Shown here: positions 1 to 13,049 of the stretch, one piece after another | Layout of the letters: each line of letters starts with the position of its first letter | Position numbering within the stretch: position 1 is the stretch's first letter | NCBI GenBank assembly: GCA_900088475.1 | Contig: FLMG01002029.1 | Coordinates: 1 to 43,872 of the forward strand | From: Hyphochytrium catenoides | Lineage: Eukaryota > Protista > Hyphochytriomycota | Direction of reading: 5' to 3' | Length of the DNA stretch: 43,872 bases | Made by a program: the position numbers and the translations under genes | The notes under the pieces: generated by a model | Database searches by the model: none | Told to the model about the DNA's origin: nothing | What the model saw: the letters and a program-made list of their open reading frames with translations, nothing else

Positions 1-278
1 GTCCGTGCTCGTGTGGAAATCTTAGGCGCGAACTCCTCCTACACGGGAGAGAGGAGAGAGACGAAGGGCGCGCCTTTCCTTTGGGACGGTTTGAAGATTG
101 GAGACAGAGGGAGCGAGAGGAGAGAGAGAGAAAACAAGAGGACTGAGAGAGAAAATAATTAGGATAAGACGGGAAAGCGGCATCGAGGAGAGGGCTTGTA
201 GATGATGAGTAAAGCAGGACGCATGAGAAGGTGACCGTCAACAACAAAGGAAGAAGGAGGCATTGTTGGTTGAAGCAA

Positions 279-296
279 GAGAGAGAGAGAGAGAGA

Positions 297-338
<42 letters not shown>
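279..338. repeat. (GA)n microsatellite
   Basis: Near-perfect GA dinucleotide run. Confidence 0.95.
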
Positions 339-339
<1 letters not shown>

Positions 340-810
340 GATGGACCAACCATCGGTGACAATGCACAGGCAACATGGACTTTATCTCTTTTTGCCTCGA
401 TCCTATGGCGGACAGGGAAGGGAAGAGGAGAAGAGCCAGGAGACAGAAGAAGCTATCTTCCTACTATAGATAAATGCTATGATATTCTCCCAGTCAAACC
501 TCTTTACTTTGGACTATTCGTTCGTCCACTTCTCGCTCATCTAAGACGAATGTCGTCTTTGACATCACGTAAGAGCAAAGCAGATAACCATGGGATGTGG
601 ACTATTGCAGACCAGGACTGACAGTTTATCGAAAGAGAGAAAACATTCCCAAACGCTTGGTCTCTTCTCTTAGGCCTCTTCCCTGTGGTCTCTTTATCTC
701 TCTTTTTTCCAATCGGCTTTTTGTGGTCAGTCTGACAAAGGCATCTATCCTCATCTTTAAGCGTTATCCTCTGCCGCAAGCTAACAAGGGCATCAAGGAG
801 TATCTATCTC

Positions 811-3800
811 TTACAATTTAGGTCCTGTCATATCCATGATGGTCACTTCTCTCTTTCTCGTCTCTCCTTCTTCTGCCACCGTATCCTCTTTGGGCTTCCG
901 GTCCCATCTCTCTCTGTGGCCCCGTCTACTTCTCTCTCTCCAACCTCGCGCCAGAGCCCTGACGATTTCTTTAGCGGCTTCTTTGCAGAGAAGAAGAGAT
1001 ATCTCTGCTTCTTCTTTCTGCTCTGTGTAGGGTAAGCTCTTTATGCCCATTCGGTGGATGCAGAGAAGCCTCAGGAGCAATTTGTAGGCTTTCTCTTCTC
1101 CGTTCTGGGCAGCGCTAAAGTCGCGCTGGATGTAGCTCCTAATATAAAGATAGGGAATCCTTTCCTTTCTTGGATCGAGGCGAAGAGGAGAATTGAGGCT
1201 CTGCAGAAATATTGCAGCGGGTACAACATGAGAAAGAGAGAGGACAGAGGGAGACGTGGAGACGACAAAGAGATTGTGAGACGAGGGAGAAAGAGAGACA
1301 GAGAGACTGAGACAGACACACACACACACAGACAAAGCGCTAGGAAGAAGAGAAGAAGGAGAAAAAGAGTTAGATTTTCGAAGAGGACGGGTAAAGCAGA
1401 GGAGAAGATCTTGGCAGGGGATTGAACGGTCAACGCCACCACTGGCCATAGCACTCAAAGACATAGAATCCTCATTCTCTCTCACTCTTTCCTTACCCGC
1501 AGAAAGGCTGGAAGCTTGTGAAGTGCAAAGGCACCCTTATTCTCGCTGTCGAACCGCGCAAAATTATCTCTGAAGTCTTCCAGATCTTCCTCTGTGATCG
1601 TTATCTCCGTCTGCCAGGCGAGCACCACGTTGAGAAAGAGAGCAGGAGAACAGACAAAAGTAGTTGCGTCAATGCTTGCACTCAGGAATTAATAGATTTG
1701 AAGAGAAGACATGTCTCCAGAGATGGCCTTTTCAGTCTACTCTTTCCTTTTCTCTCGCTTCATGCTTCTTTACGTCCAACCTCTCTTCAGTTGTTAATAT
1801 GTTCGGGTTTTCTCTCTCTCTCTCTCCTGTGAAAGTCTCTCCGGGGCTGACCTTGACACAGACTGCTGTAAAGCTTTCAATGATGAGAGCCACGAAGACA
1901 TTGAGCAGCAGTATATTGGAGAGAAGATGGAAGGAAGAGAAGAAGACAGCCGAGCCGACCACTGAGCCGCAGTCGCCGTTTACAGTGCAATATGGAGGCC
2001 GCACCTAGAAGAGTATATTCAGGCGGTTCAACACAGAGTTAAAAGGCAAAGAGAGAGATGCTTTGGTGAGTGCAAAAAATGGCTATAGAATGAGACGGCA
2101 GATAGAGCCAGGACTACAGAAAATCTCTGCTCATGAAGGCGAAGAGAGAAAAAGGAGCCAGGAGAGAGCTCCAGACGACGACACAGAGAGGGAGAATCGT
2201 TACCATGCTGTCTCGCATGATGAGGTGCCACTCATCGTTAGAGGTGAGCTGGAACATTAGCAGCAGCGCCTTGGCGATCGTCGAGAAGTTTGAGTTATCA
2301 TTAAGAAAGTACCCAAACTTCGTAGACCCAAAGATCTGGTCGCAGTCAGGGTGAAGCGACAAAGAGGAGTAAGAAAGGAGAGAAAGAGAGAGAGACACGA
2401 GAGAGGGAGAATATCGTAGAAAGCGCCACAGCAAAAAAAGAGCAAGGGCAGCTTAAGACTCTATATTGCCATCCCTAGGATTACTCGCTAAAAGCAGTAG
2501 AGCTAAGAAAGGAGAATACGATATGAACTTAGCGCCATCGAAGCAAACGGGGCCGCAATAAGATGGCAACCGTGGCACAATCAGAGCAGGGGCACGACTA
2601 GGAGACAACACTGAGAAGGAAGTACAGAGGAGAACACCCGGAGTCCCAAAGACAGAGAGAGGTTAGGGATCAAAGAAAAGGAAGTGAGAGAAAGACACAG
2701 ACAACCAAGTGTGTTTGTGATAAAAAGCAGCGATACTAAGAGGGGAGAGGGCTCCACGTACAACTCTTCCGATGCAGGCGTAGAGAAAATGTACAAGGAA
2801 GATCAGGACCACAAGGCTGTAAATGGAAGGGAAAGCAATTCGAACTGTCCGGATGACCTGCATCAAAGGAGGGATGCGAGGGATCAAGCGCATATACCTG
2901 CGAGATAGAGACAGAGACAGTTTAGAAACCAAAGTGAGAAAGAGCGTAAGAAGAATTAGAAAGAAAGAGGGGATGAGAAGAAAAGAAAGGAGAGTCGAAG
3001 TGCGAGGAAAGGTGGCACCTCAAGTATAGAAGGGCAAAGAAGGTTGCGCCTCCTCTCTATGAAAAAGAGAGGCAAGGGACCGAAGCCGCAAAGGAGAGCA
3101 AGGTTACATTCAAGGGGCCCAAGGAAGACACATGGCAGATACCATAGGAATTGGATAGGGCCACCGAGGGAGAGAACAGGCAGAGAAGAACGTGACATGA
3201 AACAGAGATGCTAGGTGAAGGAGAAAAGACCCTACAAAAGGGCGAGATTCCTCACCTTCCCATCCTAAACAGTCGATTCCATTGCCAAGGAAGAGATGTC
3301 CTGATGGCGGTACCCGGATCTTCATAAGACCAAGGCCCAAAGGTGACACCGCCCAACATCATCACAAAATCGAAGAGATTCTTACTGTCTTGGAAGTAAC
3401 CCCGTCCCAAAGCGAGAGAGTGGACCAGGACCTCAACGAAATAGCAGGAGAGAAAGAAGAAATCCAGGTCCTACAATAGGCATAGATAGAGACGCGGAGG
3501 TGAGAGAGAAAATGACAAAGAGAGAAAGAGCGACAGAGACACAGCAGGGGAAAGATATGCTAAGGTTGAAGTTGAAGGGGAAGGAAGAGAAGGTCAAAAG
3601 AGAGAAGATGTTATTCAAGCGTTCAAGGGAAAGAGAGCTATCGAGAGAAAGGACCAGTTTCTCTCTTCTCTAACCTTCAACAGGCTCGCATAGGAATGGT
3701 CGGCCTCTCTGTAGGAGAGGCACATGATGATGACACTCAGGGTGGTCCAAATGATAGAGAAGCGCTTGAAATAGCGATCTAACCGATAGAAAGAGAGAAT

Positions 3801-5569
3801 TTAGAACGAGCGCAGGAGAGAGGACGCAGCAATAAGTTGCTAGGGCAGTAGACCCAAGATCTCGTAGAAAAGAGGTAAAGAGCCAGCCAGAGCCGCATTC
3901 CCTTACCTCCAAGAGGGCCCAAAGTGGAGAGATAGAGTTTGGGATAAGAGGAGAGAGTGAAAGACAGAGCTTGAGAAATAGACCAAGAAGTCGGATCACG
4001 AAGAGAGAAGGTTTACTGGTACGGAGATATTAAGGAGCCATACGTCTGTATATTGCGAAGCACTTGCTTCTGATTACGGCTGTTGCTGGAGGTGCCCGGA
4101 TAGCGCGCAGAGGGAATCCGCGCATCATGAACGCGAGCTCCATCCACCTAAAAGTGGAGAGGTGAAGGGAGTCCCGGTGGGAAGAGAGAACGAGAACGAG
4201 GCCATCAATCGAGAATGACAGAGTCAAGGATCAGTACGGGACAGTAAGTGAGTCAAGGCTGTCACCCAGATATTGGAATGACAGATGAAAAGGGAAAGAG
4301 AGGAAGAGAGAAGTGTAAGAGGACGACGACGAGAATGGGCTGTTGATACCTTTTCTGGTCGGTCGTCAAGAAGGCTGTGCCATCATTGTGTCGGAACTGC
4401 TGAATCTAAGCGGGTAGAGGTGGACAAGCGTCAGTTGAGTTGATAAGCGGATTGGGAAAGAAGAGAGAGAGCAGACGGATCAACGGCGCTGAAAGGGTTC
4501 TTCCACTCCTCACTTGTGAGATGCTTTTCTACTAGGTAGTACCCTCCCTCTCCCCACTGTTTTTGCTTCTCTCTCTCTTTCTCTCTCTCGTTTTAGCCTC
4601 TATCCTATATGTACCTCTTACCAGAACGCCCAGCAGTAGGTTCACGAGGAATATTGTCCCAATGCATATGTAGGCCACGAAGAAGTAAGCCAACGAGAAG
4701 GAAGCATCGAGGGACGGCTGTTGACCTACTTCCGTCACATTAATGGCATTCTTCATTGTGTCCACCCACTTCATAACAGTGAAGGAAGGGAAAGAGCGAG
4801 AAAACCGTAGCCGTAGGCAGAAAAGCAGACGAGACAATCAACATATTGTTAGAACAGAGAGTAGCACAATTAGAGCCCCAGGGAAAGATGAAAGGCACAG
4901 AAAAAAAGGAACGACCATCCCATGAGTGAAAAGAACGTGCAGGTGCGAAATAGATCGGAACCTTCTGAGGCTATGGCCCCTAATCGCTTGATACCCTCAC
5001 TCTACTTATTATTCGCTCCAGGGTTTCCGTGATGACTCTCTTTCTCTCTATCTATCGTTAGTCACCTGCTTCCCTCCTTGATGTTCTCTCTTTCTTTGTC
5101 AAGCTTCACACCCCCTGGCTCTCAGTGGTTCTCTTCGTCTCTCTCTTCCACTTCGTTTTTCCTTTTGGCCAATGGACTTCGACTTTTTTCGCTCCTCTCT
5201 TCCCTGCAAACTATGTGCACCCACTTCCCTTCTCCTTCTCAATGTCCCACCTTTAGCCCTGTCATCTGCATCACGACCAGCATCGCCGCAAAGATGTTAT
5301 CAAAGTTTCCCATTTTAGAAATCTGCCAGACCCGCGGGACATAGAGTCCATCTCCAGAGTTGGCGAAGTCTTCATAGCCGCTGGAAGAGTAGAAGAATCC
5401 AACGCAGTCCTCTCTTTTGTGGATGGTAGGGTCATTGCAGGAGTAAAGCTATAAAGGGAGGGGGAAGAGAGAGAGAGAGAGGGGAGAGAGAGAGAGAAAG
5501 AGAGAGAGAGACAGAGAAAGAGAGAGAGAGAGAGAGANNNNNNNNNNNNNNNNNNNNNNNNNNNNNNNG

Positions 5570-5601
<32 letters not shown>

Positions 5602-8600
5602 GCCGAACAAGAATAAGAGGGCATGGCGTTAAGGGAGATACCAGAATAAGGAGCCACAGGGCAGAGTGCGAGCGCTATAAGTAAAAGAGAGCTAAACAAA
5701 GAAAGGTGAAGGGGACCGCCTCGGGGCGTAGCGAACAGTACACGTCTGGCAGACAAGGACAACAACAACTCCGTGCCTCCGCGTGAAAAGAAAGCGAGGC
5801 AGAAAAACAAGCTGAGGTGTCACATCCGAGGGGAGCCGCAGTTGGGAAGAATGACCGAGAAGGACAGGAAACAAAAGAAAGACAGACTAACAGAGTCAGA
5901 GTCAGAGGGATACACGGAGATAAAAGGCAGACACAGAGAAAGAAAGAGAGAGAGAGGGTGGGAGAGAGACAGAGAGGGAGCGAGGAAGAGACGCGAGAGT
6001 AAAGGACAGCTCGCCATACCTTTCCCTTAAAGATTTGTATGCCAACCACGCTAAAAGCCAGCGCCACGACAAGGAAGAGAACCAAGACGTTCAAGACAGC
6101 GCTGATACTATCCAGCAGATACCACATAGTGGCGCGCAAGCCAGGGCTTACCACGATGAAGCGCAGGGGAATAAAGCTAGGCAAATATCTATAGAAACGG
6201 AGTGTGAGCAACGTAGGATGTGGAGAGGGGAACCGGCGCGTGCATCACAGCGCAATGGTAAACTTGAAGGACCGCAGCAAGAGCTCTCTTTCCTTCATCA
6301 GACCTCTCTCATTTCGTCTCTCGGATAAGCCATCACTCTCTCATTTCATTGACCTGCTTAGCTATCGCTTACGAAGATCTCTCTCTTCCTCAGGCGCTCT
6401 TCTCACTTACGCCAGTAGCACCAACATCTTGGGCCTGCTCTTCATGCCTCCTTCGGCTTCGGTCCAGCTGGTCCCTGCAAGGTACGCCACGGTTCCTCCC
6501 AGGGTACAGAGCAAGATGAAGAAATCAAAGAGATTCCAACGGATCTGAGAAGCGGAAGAAACTGACAAAGACGTAGAGAACGACGCTTCCTTCTTATTGG
6601 CGCTGGTGCTTCTAGTGGCTAGGTAGGTTATAAGCGCATCCAGCCAGAATACCACCTGGGAAGATGACAAAGAGGGAGCAGAGAAAATCGGCGATAAGGA
6701 GAGAGCGAGGCGAAAGGAGAGGGCAAGAGAGAAAGAGAGAGATAGAAACAAGAGGAAGGAGGAGATAGAAATGAGGATGGAAAGACGGTAAGAATGAAGG
6801 ATTGGATGAGCGCGATAGCCGAGAGACCAGACAAGCGAAGAAAAGCAAAACATGAGGCCCAATGTCCTGCAAGAGTAGAGACACAAGCGGCCGAAAATGT
6901 CAAAGCACAAAGATGGAATAAGTACCAAGAGAGAGAGAGAGAGAGTCTCAACCCTTCGGCCAAACGAAGGTACAAGGCAGAAGACAAGTGATAGGCACGG
7001 TCGCGTATAGAAGGAAGGTGCGGACGAGCGCAGAGCCGTTGTCTACAATCGCCATACCTGCAGCACGATGAGTGCGATGACGGAGATCTGCTGTATGCCG
7101 TCAGACGATACTGGGAAGTTAGGATTGAACACTGTTACACAGCCACTCGCCGCGATGACTGCGGCTTGTCTCCCTCGCTGATACCATTTGTTCCTATAGA
7201 TATGCTGAAGAGTTACAGAGAGAGAACACAGTGAAGCCATGATCTGGGAGCTCGTCTTTTGACTTTGGAGTTGCCGGGCAGGAGAGACACTGCAGGAAAG
7301 AGAAACAGAGCCCCAGAAGTGCGCCTTCAATCCCTGAGCGTCGCGTTTCCCTAGCTCCTTGGCCTGGAGGAAGGGGACATAAGGAAAAGAATGAGAAGAG
7401 GCGGAAAGAGAGCGTGAAGGAGACACAGGATGAGGATCAGGGGCTATCTAAATATTAAGCGACTGGCATCTGGGAGCTTGCGATACGAAGGCGTCAGACC
7501 AACAACTTTAACAAATGAGACAGAAAGGGTAGCGCCGACCTCCGCAGGGGTGATCTTCCTTATGGCTGCCTTTAGACTTTCCTCCTCCTTATGAGTGAAT
7601 TGGAAGTTCTCAAGAATGGCCTACGATGCAGAGGTTTAGTGAGCAATAGACTAAAGATAACGCGAGTAGGAAATGGAACGGGGATATGTCGGGTACATAG
7701 GTGCACAACGAAGAGAGAAGGGCTAGAGACAGAAGGGTTATTAGCCAGAATAGAAAGAGAGAAGTGCCGCACGGAGTGAGATGAGGAAAAGGCAGAGAGA
7801 GATCTGGATCCGTAAAGTCAGAGTCAAGCCATATATCGAGGAGAGACGGAGGACAGCAAAGCTTCTGTTCATCCTTAACTCCCAATAGTTTGTCTATCTC
7901 TTCTGCTTACCGCAATGACAAGGTTAAGTACTACGAATTGACTGATGAAGAAGTAGATAAGAAAGAAGAGAACGGTAAGCACGTTCCCTGTTCCTGCCTT
8001 GTCCATCTCTTCGATTGGGAGACTCCATTGATCGCCAGCGAAAATCTGATGACGATAAAGAATAAAAAGAGACGCTTAAGAGATGTACAGAAGAGGGAAT
8101 GAAATGAGTTAGAGCCACACCCAAGGGACATGCGAGATAAGAAGTCCATGGGGAGAGATATTGGAAAAAGAAGCCACAATAGAGACTGACTCTGAGAAAG
8201 ATGAGCCACTGGAGAGCTAAGAAAGGAAAGAGAGACTCTGACAATCCAGACGTTGCATCACTCACCATGAACATTGATAGGAAAGACCCAAAGAAGGTGT
8301 CAAAGGGAAAGCGGAGTCCCTCTCCTTTGTTATGTAGGAGCTGCTTGGCCATCAATGTTGCCACTAAGAACACGACGAGTGGAAAGACCAAAGGAGACGT
8401 CAGTGACTGGCCAGAAAAAAGAGTGGAAAGAGAGCAAAGGGAAAGTCCGAGAGAGGATTGTGAACAGCTGGAGGAGATTGAGGTACAATGACAAGACTTT
8501 GGATCGTGCCATCCTGAAGTCTCTATTTGTCTCTCTCCGTCTCCTTGTCTTTTCTTTATATCTTTGTGTCTCCTTCTGCCTTTGGCTTAGCTTTCTGAAA

Positions 8601-11600
8601 TTTGTTCTACATCTCTCTTTTCCTTGCTAGTGCCCCCGTCTTATCCGTCTAACAAAGGTCTTACCTAACAGGTATAATAAAATGAACCCTAGGAGGTTGA
8701 CGATAGGCTTGTACTTCCTCAGCACGGCAGTCACAAGCGTCTTCACATTTTGCCAGCCAGACGCGAGCCTGATGATCCGCACGGCGCCGTAGGGCCGCAG
8801 GACCATGTCAGACCAGCTGTCAATGCCGTTAACAGCGAAAGAGATCTACAAATGCTGACATGAGGTCCTCACTACGCGTCTAAGGTAAGGAGGAACATCG
8901 GGATAGATAAGAAAAGGCAAACGCGAAAGAACTGCGTAAAAACAGTCACGATCGGGAGGGGGAGTACGGAAAGGAGAGGAGAAAAGAGACGGTCCAAGCG
9001 ACAACTAATGCAGCATGTAGAAGAAGAGCTAAAGGGCGGGAGATAGACTTTGTTACCATGTTCACCAATGAGAAGATTACGATAGATACAGTGAGGAGGT
9101 TGCTGGGCCTTAGATAATAAGTAAGCCTGGCGCGAAGAGGTTAGAATTCAGGGAAGAGAACCCAGACACTTGAGCTGGATCAAAGGAGGAGCAAGAGAGA
9201 AGAACGGAGAACTTGCAAGCGCAAGAAGCGTGACCATCTTAACCGCATGCTCCCCAAAAATATCTCCAGACCACTGCTAGCGGAGAGCGAAGAGTACAGA
9301 GAGAGAAAAAAAGAGAGAAAGAAAAAGACAGAGTTGAAAAAGACAGAGATGAGAGAGAGAGAGCTTATAACAAAAAGTATTAGTGCTGTCCTTCCCCTTG
9401 GCGATCTACAGATGAGCCGCTGTACGCTCTACTCTCACCCGAAGCCAGTAACCATCATGACGCTTTCCACGACATAAAAGGTAGCGAAAAAAAGCTCAGC
9501 GTAGAGACAGAGGCGCTCGTGTGCTCTCGTCATGCCATAGTACTCGGAGCACATCGATATAGTGTTGAGTATTAGCACTGCGTTCACGGCACGGATGAGC
9601 TTGGGATAGTGCTCTTTCACCCGTTGCTGAAGAACTCTATGGAGCGAAAGGACAAGAGGTGGCCGGAAAAAATGGCAGGCAGCAGGTGAGCTTTATCACT
9701 TGGGATTTGTGTCCTTTCACACTCATTCGCCATCTAATTGTCCCACAAACCTCAAGAATGGAAGACTATTCGCTCGATGGCTGACAACTGAATATACGCT
9801 CTGCACACGCTTCCACCGACTTCGAGCACTTGCTCCTCCAGGATGGTCTCTCTGTGGTTCCGTCTCTTCGCCGCCCCTACTCGTGACCTTCACTTTGGCC
9901 TCTTTGCGCAATCTTGTTAAGACGACGATAGACTTTGCGATAAGTCTAACTTTCCGCACACCCTTGATAACTGTGGAGGCAAACAACATGATGATAGGTT
10001 AGTTGAGCAGGCAGAAAGCGAAGGACAAAGTGAGAGGGAAGAAGGAACAGGGGGAGAGAGGAAGATATATTGGAAAAGCAGCGGTCTGCTCCATAGGTGG
10101 CAACACTTCTGCTGTTTCTTACCTAAGATGGCGGACTGCCTTCTAGCTAACCCAAGCGTCGTAAGAGGCAGAGTACTCCTTCTCTTCATCCTATTTCCGA
10201 AGGCGCTGGTAGGGGGAACAGAAATTGAGGAGGAAGGAGACAGAGGAGAGCATTAAGAGATTAAGGTGCGTGTTCGGAAGTGCGGGGAGACAGGGAAATG
10301 ACAGAGGAAAGAGTACAAAGAGGTACCTAGAATGCAAGGAAAGTTAACAAGAGGAAGGGGAAGAAGGCTAACCTCTCTTCGCCTCCGAACTTGTGCCTTG
10401 CCATGGCAAAGTTCGCCGTGATTGCCGCTGCGAAGAGCTTGGAAACAATAAAGGTAATAGAGATAATGGCAGCTACGAAGTAGAGTGCCGCTACCTGTCG
10501 TTGTGAATGAGAGGTCAGGGCCCAGAGACTAAATAGATGATAGATAAGGATGTGATTCCTAGTATAGAAGACCTGAATGGCTGTCCTTGATACCTATGAC
10601 ACGACGTCACTCACAGCGTTAAAGGAGAGATTGACGATAGCACCATGGAGGTGAAGTCAAGGGCAGTGGCAGAGGAGAGACCAAAGTCCTCACAATACCT
10701 TAAAGTAGCTCTGCAGCACAGGAACCATAATTGGGAAGGTCCACTTGTCTATGGTGACAACCTGTGGACGTGGAAGAGAAAGAGAGGACAAGAGAATATT
10801 AGAAAGACACTGTCGGTTATGGTCTGACAGCACAGAGGCCGCAATATCTAAATAATGAGGTGAAGACAGTGAGCTACCAAGAGTTGCATGCGGAAAGGAG
10901 GACTTATGGCAACAGCAGCCAATCTCAGTGGGATGAGATCAAGCAGCGATGGAGGCTGCAAGGAGTAAGCTTACAATGACCCATAGACCATGGCCCCGCC
11001 ATAATGGCAGACAGGGTGAGAGAAGAGCTGAAAAATGGAGAATATGACATTCAAGAGATGGAGCCAATCCTAACCGCGAAAGAATAGAAGAGAGACTTGC
11101 TAGGGCAAAGACTAGCGCACATTGGCGTGCCAAATCTTTTTTGAAATTGTGAGCGACAAAGGCAGTACTAACCCTGAAAGTGGCCAATAGTGCGTGGAAG
11201 ATGGTGTCGAAGTTTATGATTAGGTGAGTGGGAGCTTCCTCGCACTCCATCATAGGCGGACAGACGAACTGAATGGCATCTGCATAGTGAACCTCCTTCG
11301 GGTGGCAGTGGAGATCTGAGGGAGGATTTTTATGTCATATCAGAGCCAGCTTTTGTGACTAAGGGGAGAGAGAGTAGCGATTGTAGAAAGTATAGAGCGA
11401 ATGAGGAGAAAAGCGATGACTCATGATGAACTGTCACAATGAGAAAATCGTGATGGAAGATGTCAAGGAAGAAAGGAGAAAGAAGGAGAGCGATGGTCAT
11501 AGAGACCGGGACCAAGTGAACTGGTTGAGCCTGATAGAAGGGGTGAGCTAACCTCTATGTGAACTTACTAGGGAAAGATGCTCTCTGAAGCTCTGAGCTG

Positions 11601-13049
11601 TTGAGAAACAACTCCTGGACTCCGTGGCAGTAGCTGCTCTGTGCTTCTCCCGTACAATCTATGTTCTTCTTCGCCGCGCAGTGGAAGCTAAACGCCCCGC
11701 TGAATAGCTAACGCGACGAGATGATGCATTGAGGAAAAGCAAAGGTAAGACTTCCATGGAACATAATGATAGTGGCAGCGTCCAGCATCGACGGCGAGGC
11801 CATGAGCAGACATCCCGTAAGCCAGTAGATAAAGATGCGGGCACAAGTGTTATGAAAACTATACGACCAAAAGGCTCACGGACGTTATTGAGCGGAAGAG
11901 TAGACGCTGTATGTTTTGTCTCACCTCCAAGCCGACCAGACTGAAGCCTAGTAAGGTGAAGAGGTATAAAGACGCGACTTGGATCAACACAGGCCAAGAC
12001 GAGACCAGAGAGTCCATGATAGTTCTTATTTCACCAAAAAATTTCATAGAGCGAAGGGCGCGGATACCCCTCAAGCCTCGTAAGGAGGAGATTCCGGGCA
12101 GAGAATTGGTCGAGAGGAGAGAAATGAGAGAGACAAGCACTACAAAAAAGTCAAGTTTGTTCCAGTTGTCCGACCGAAGGTACGAATCTATCGGTCGACC
12201 GAGCAGCACGAGCGAGGAGTAAAGGGGAGAGAAGCGAGAATGGGGGAAAGAAGAGAGAGGGAGAAAAAGAGAGAGAAAAGAGAGAGAACAGAGAGAGAGA
12301 GAAGTTGTCAGTTGGGTAGGCATAAGACAATCACAGAGATCGACTCAGATAGAGCGTACACTTGTGTCTAGAAAACTGAACAGCTTCCAGATGTAAGCAA
12401 AATGAGATGAACGGAAGTATGTGTCAAGCTAGAGTATGGCCTCGGCGAATGAAGAGGTATACCGAGACTTCGTTCCAGCATGGCCAGTGTTAGGAGGTTA
12501 GACTAACAGTCTGTCTATAAATAGGAGAAAGTAGGCAAGACTCAGAGGAGGGGCTTTCCTACCTTTTCCGAGGATGAACCCTAGCGCGACAATCTTCAGA
12601 GAAGCTTCCACTGCAAAGATAATAGCGGCCACAGCGTCCATAACTTCGAGATCATCAGAGTTCCCGGGGTCGGTCACGCACATTGTGCCAATGTTGATAA
12701 TGATCATGAGGAAGACGATCATCTCGAAGACCGAGTGACAGATAAGGCGGTAAACTTGCCTTCTCAGCCAGTTAGTCTCACTTAGAACAAAAAGAGACGT
12801 GCCAGAGAGCTTATAGACGTCCTCATCTTCAACTGTGCGAAACTCTTCCTTCATTGCACGCGTCTTCTTTTCCACGGTTTCTAGACCTTGACGGAAGTTC
12901 TGCTCCACGATGGCAACGGACTCTCGCATCTTGCTCCTCAGTTGCGAAAGTCGCGTGGTGCTGCTGCTTTCTGTGTTGTCTCCGAGGCTCGCATCTTGCT
13001 GGTTTGGTGGGTTCTGAGCGTCCCTCGGGTGTATCTTTGTAACCCCCAT
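811..13049 (-). CDS. Four-domain voltage-gated-type cation channel alpha subunit (Cav/Nav/NALCN-Cch1 superfamily), more than 20 exons
   Basis: Spliced exons give four 6-TM repeats. DI: S1-S2 in 12563-13049, S4 SSLRGLRGIRALRSMK (about 12040-12090), pore NFDTIFHALLATFR|VVTIDKW. DII: pore FDTFFGSFLSMFM|IFAGDQW, S6 VVLNLVIA. DIII: pore GNFDNIFAAMLVVMQMTGLK|WVD, S6 LVNLLLGVL. DIV: S4 NRLFRMGR|YMRLIPR, pore NFSTIAKALLLMFQLTSNDEW, S6 LLLNVFVALIIESF. The C-terminus has an EF-hand-like segment (DLEDFRDNFARFDSENKG) and an IQ-like segment (IVRALARGWRER). Start ATG at 13049 (MGVTKIHP). The 3' end is uncertain. Confidence 0.95.
5466..5601. repeat. (GA)n microsatellite spanning assembly gap 5538-5568, inside a channel intron
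   Basis: GA runs on both sides of the N stretch. Confidence 0.9.

Noticed and set aside
159-469. ORFs rich in ERERER or SLSLSL here and at about 22430-22740 and 27860-28400
   Set aside because: They are translations of (GA)n/(CT)n microsatellites, which lack stop codons.
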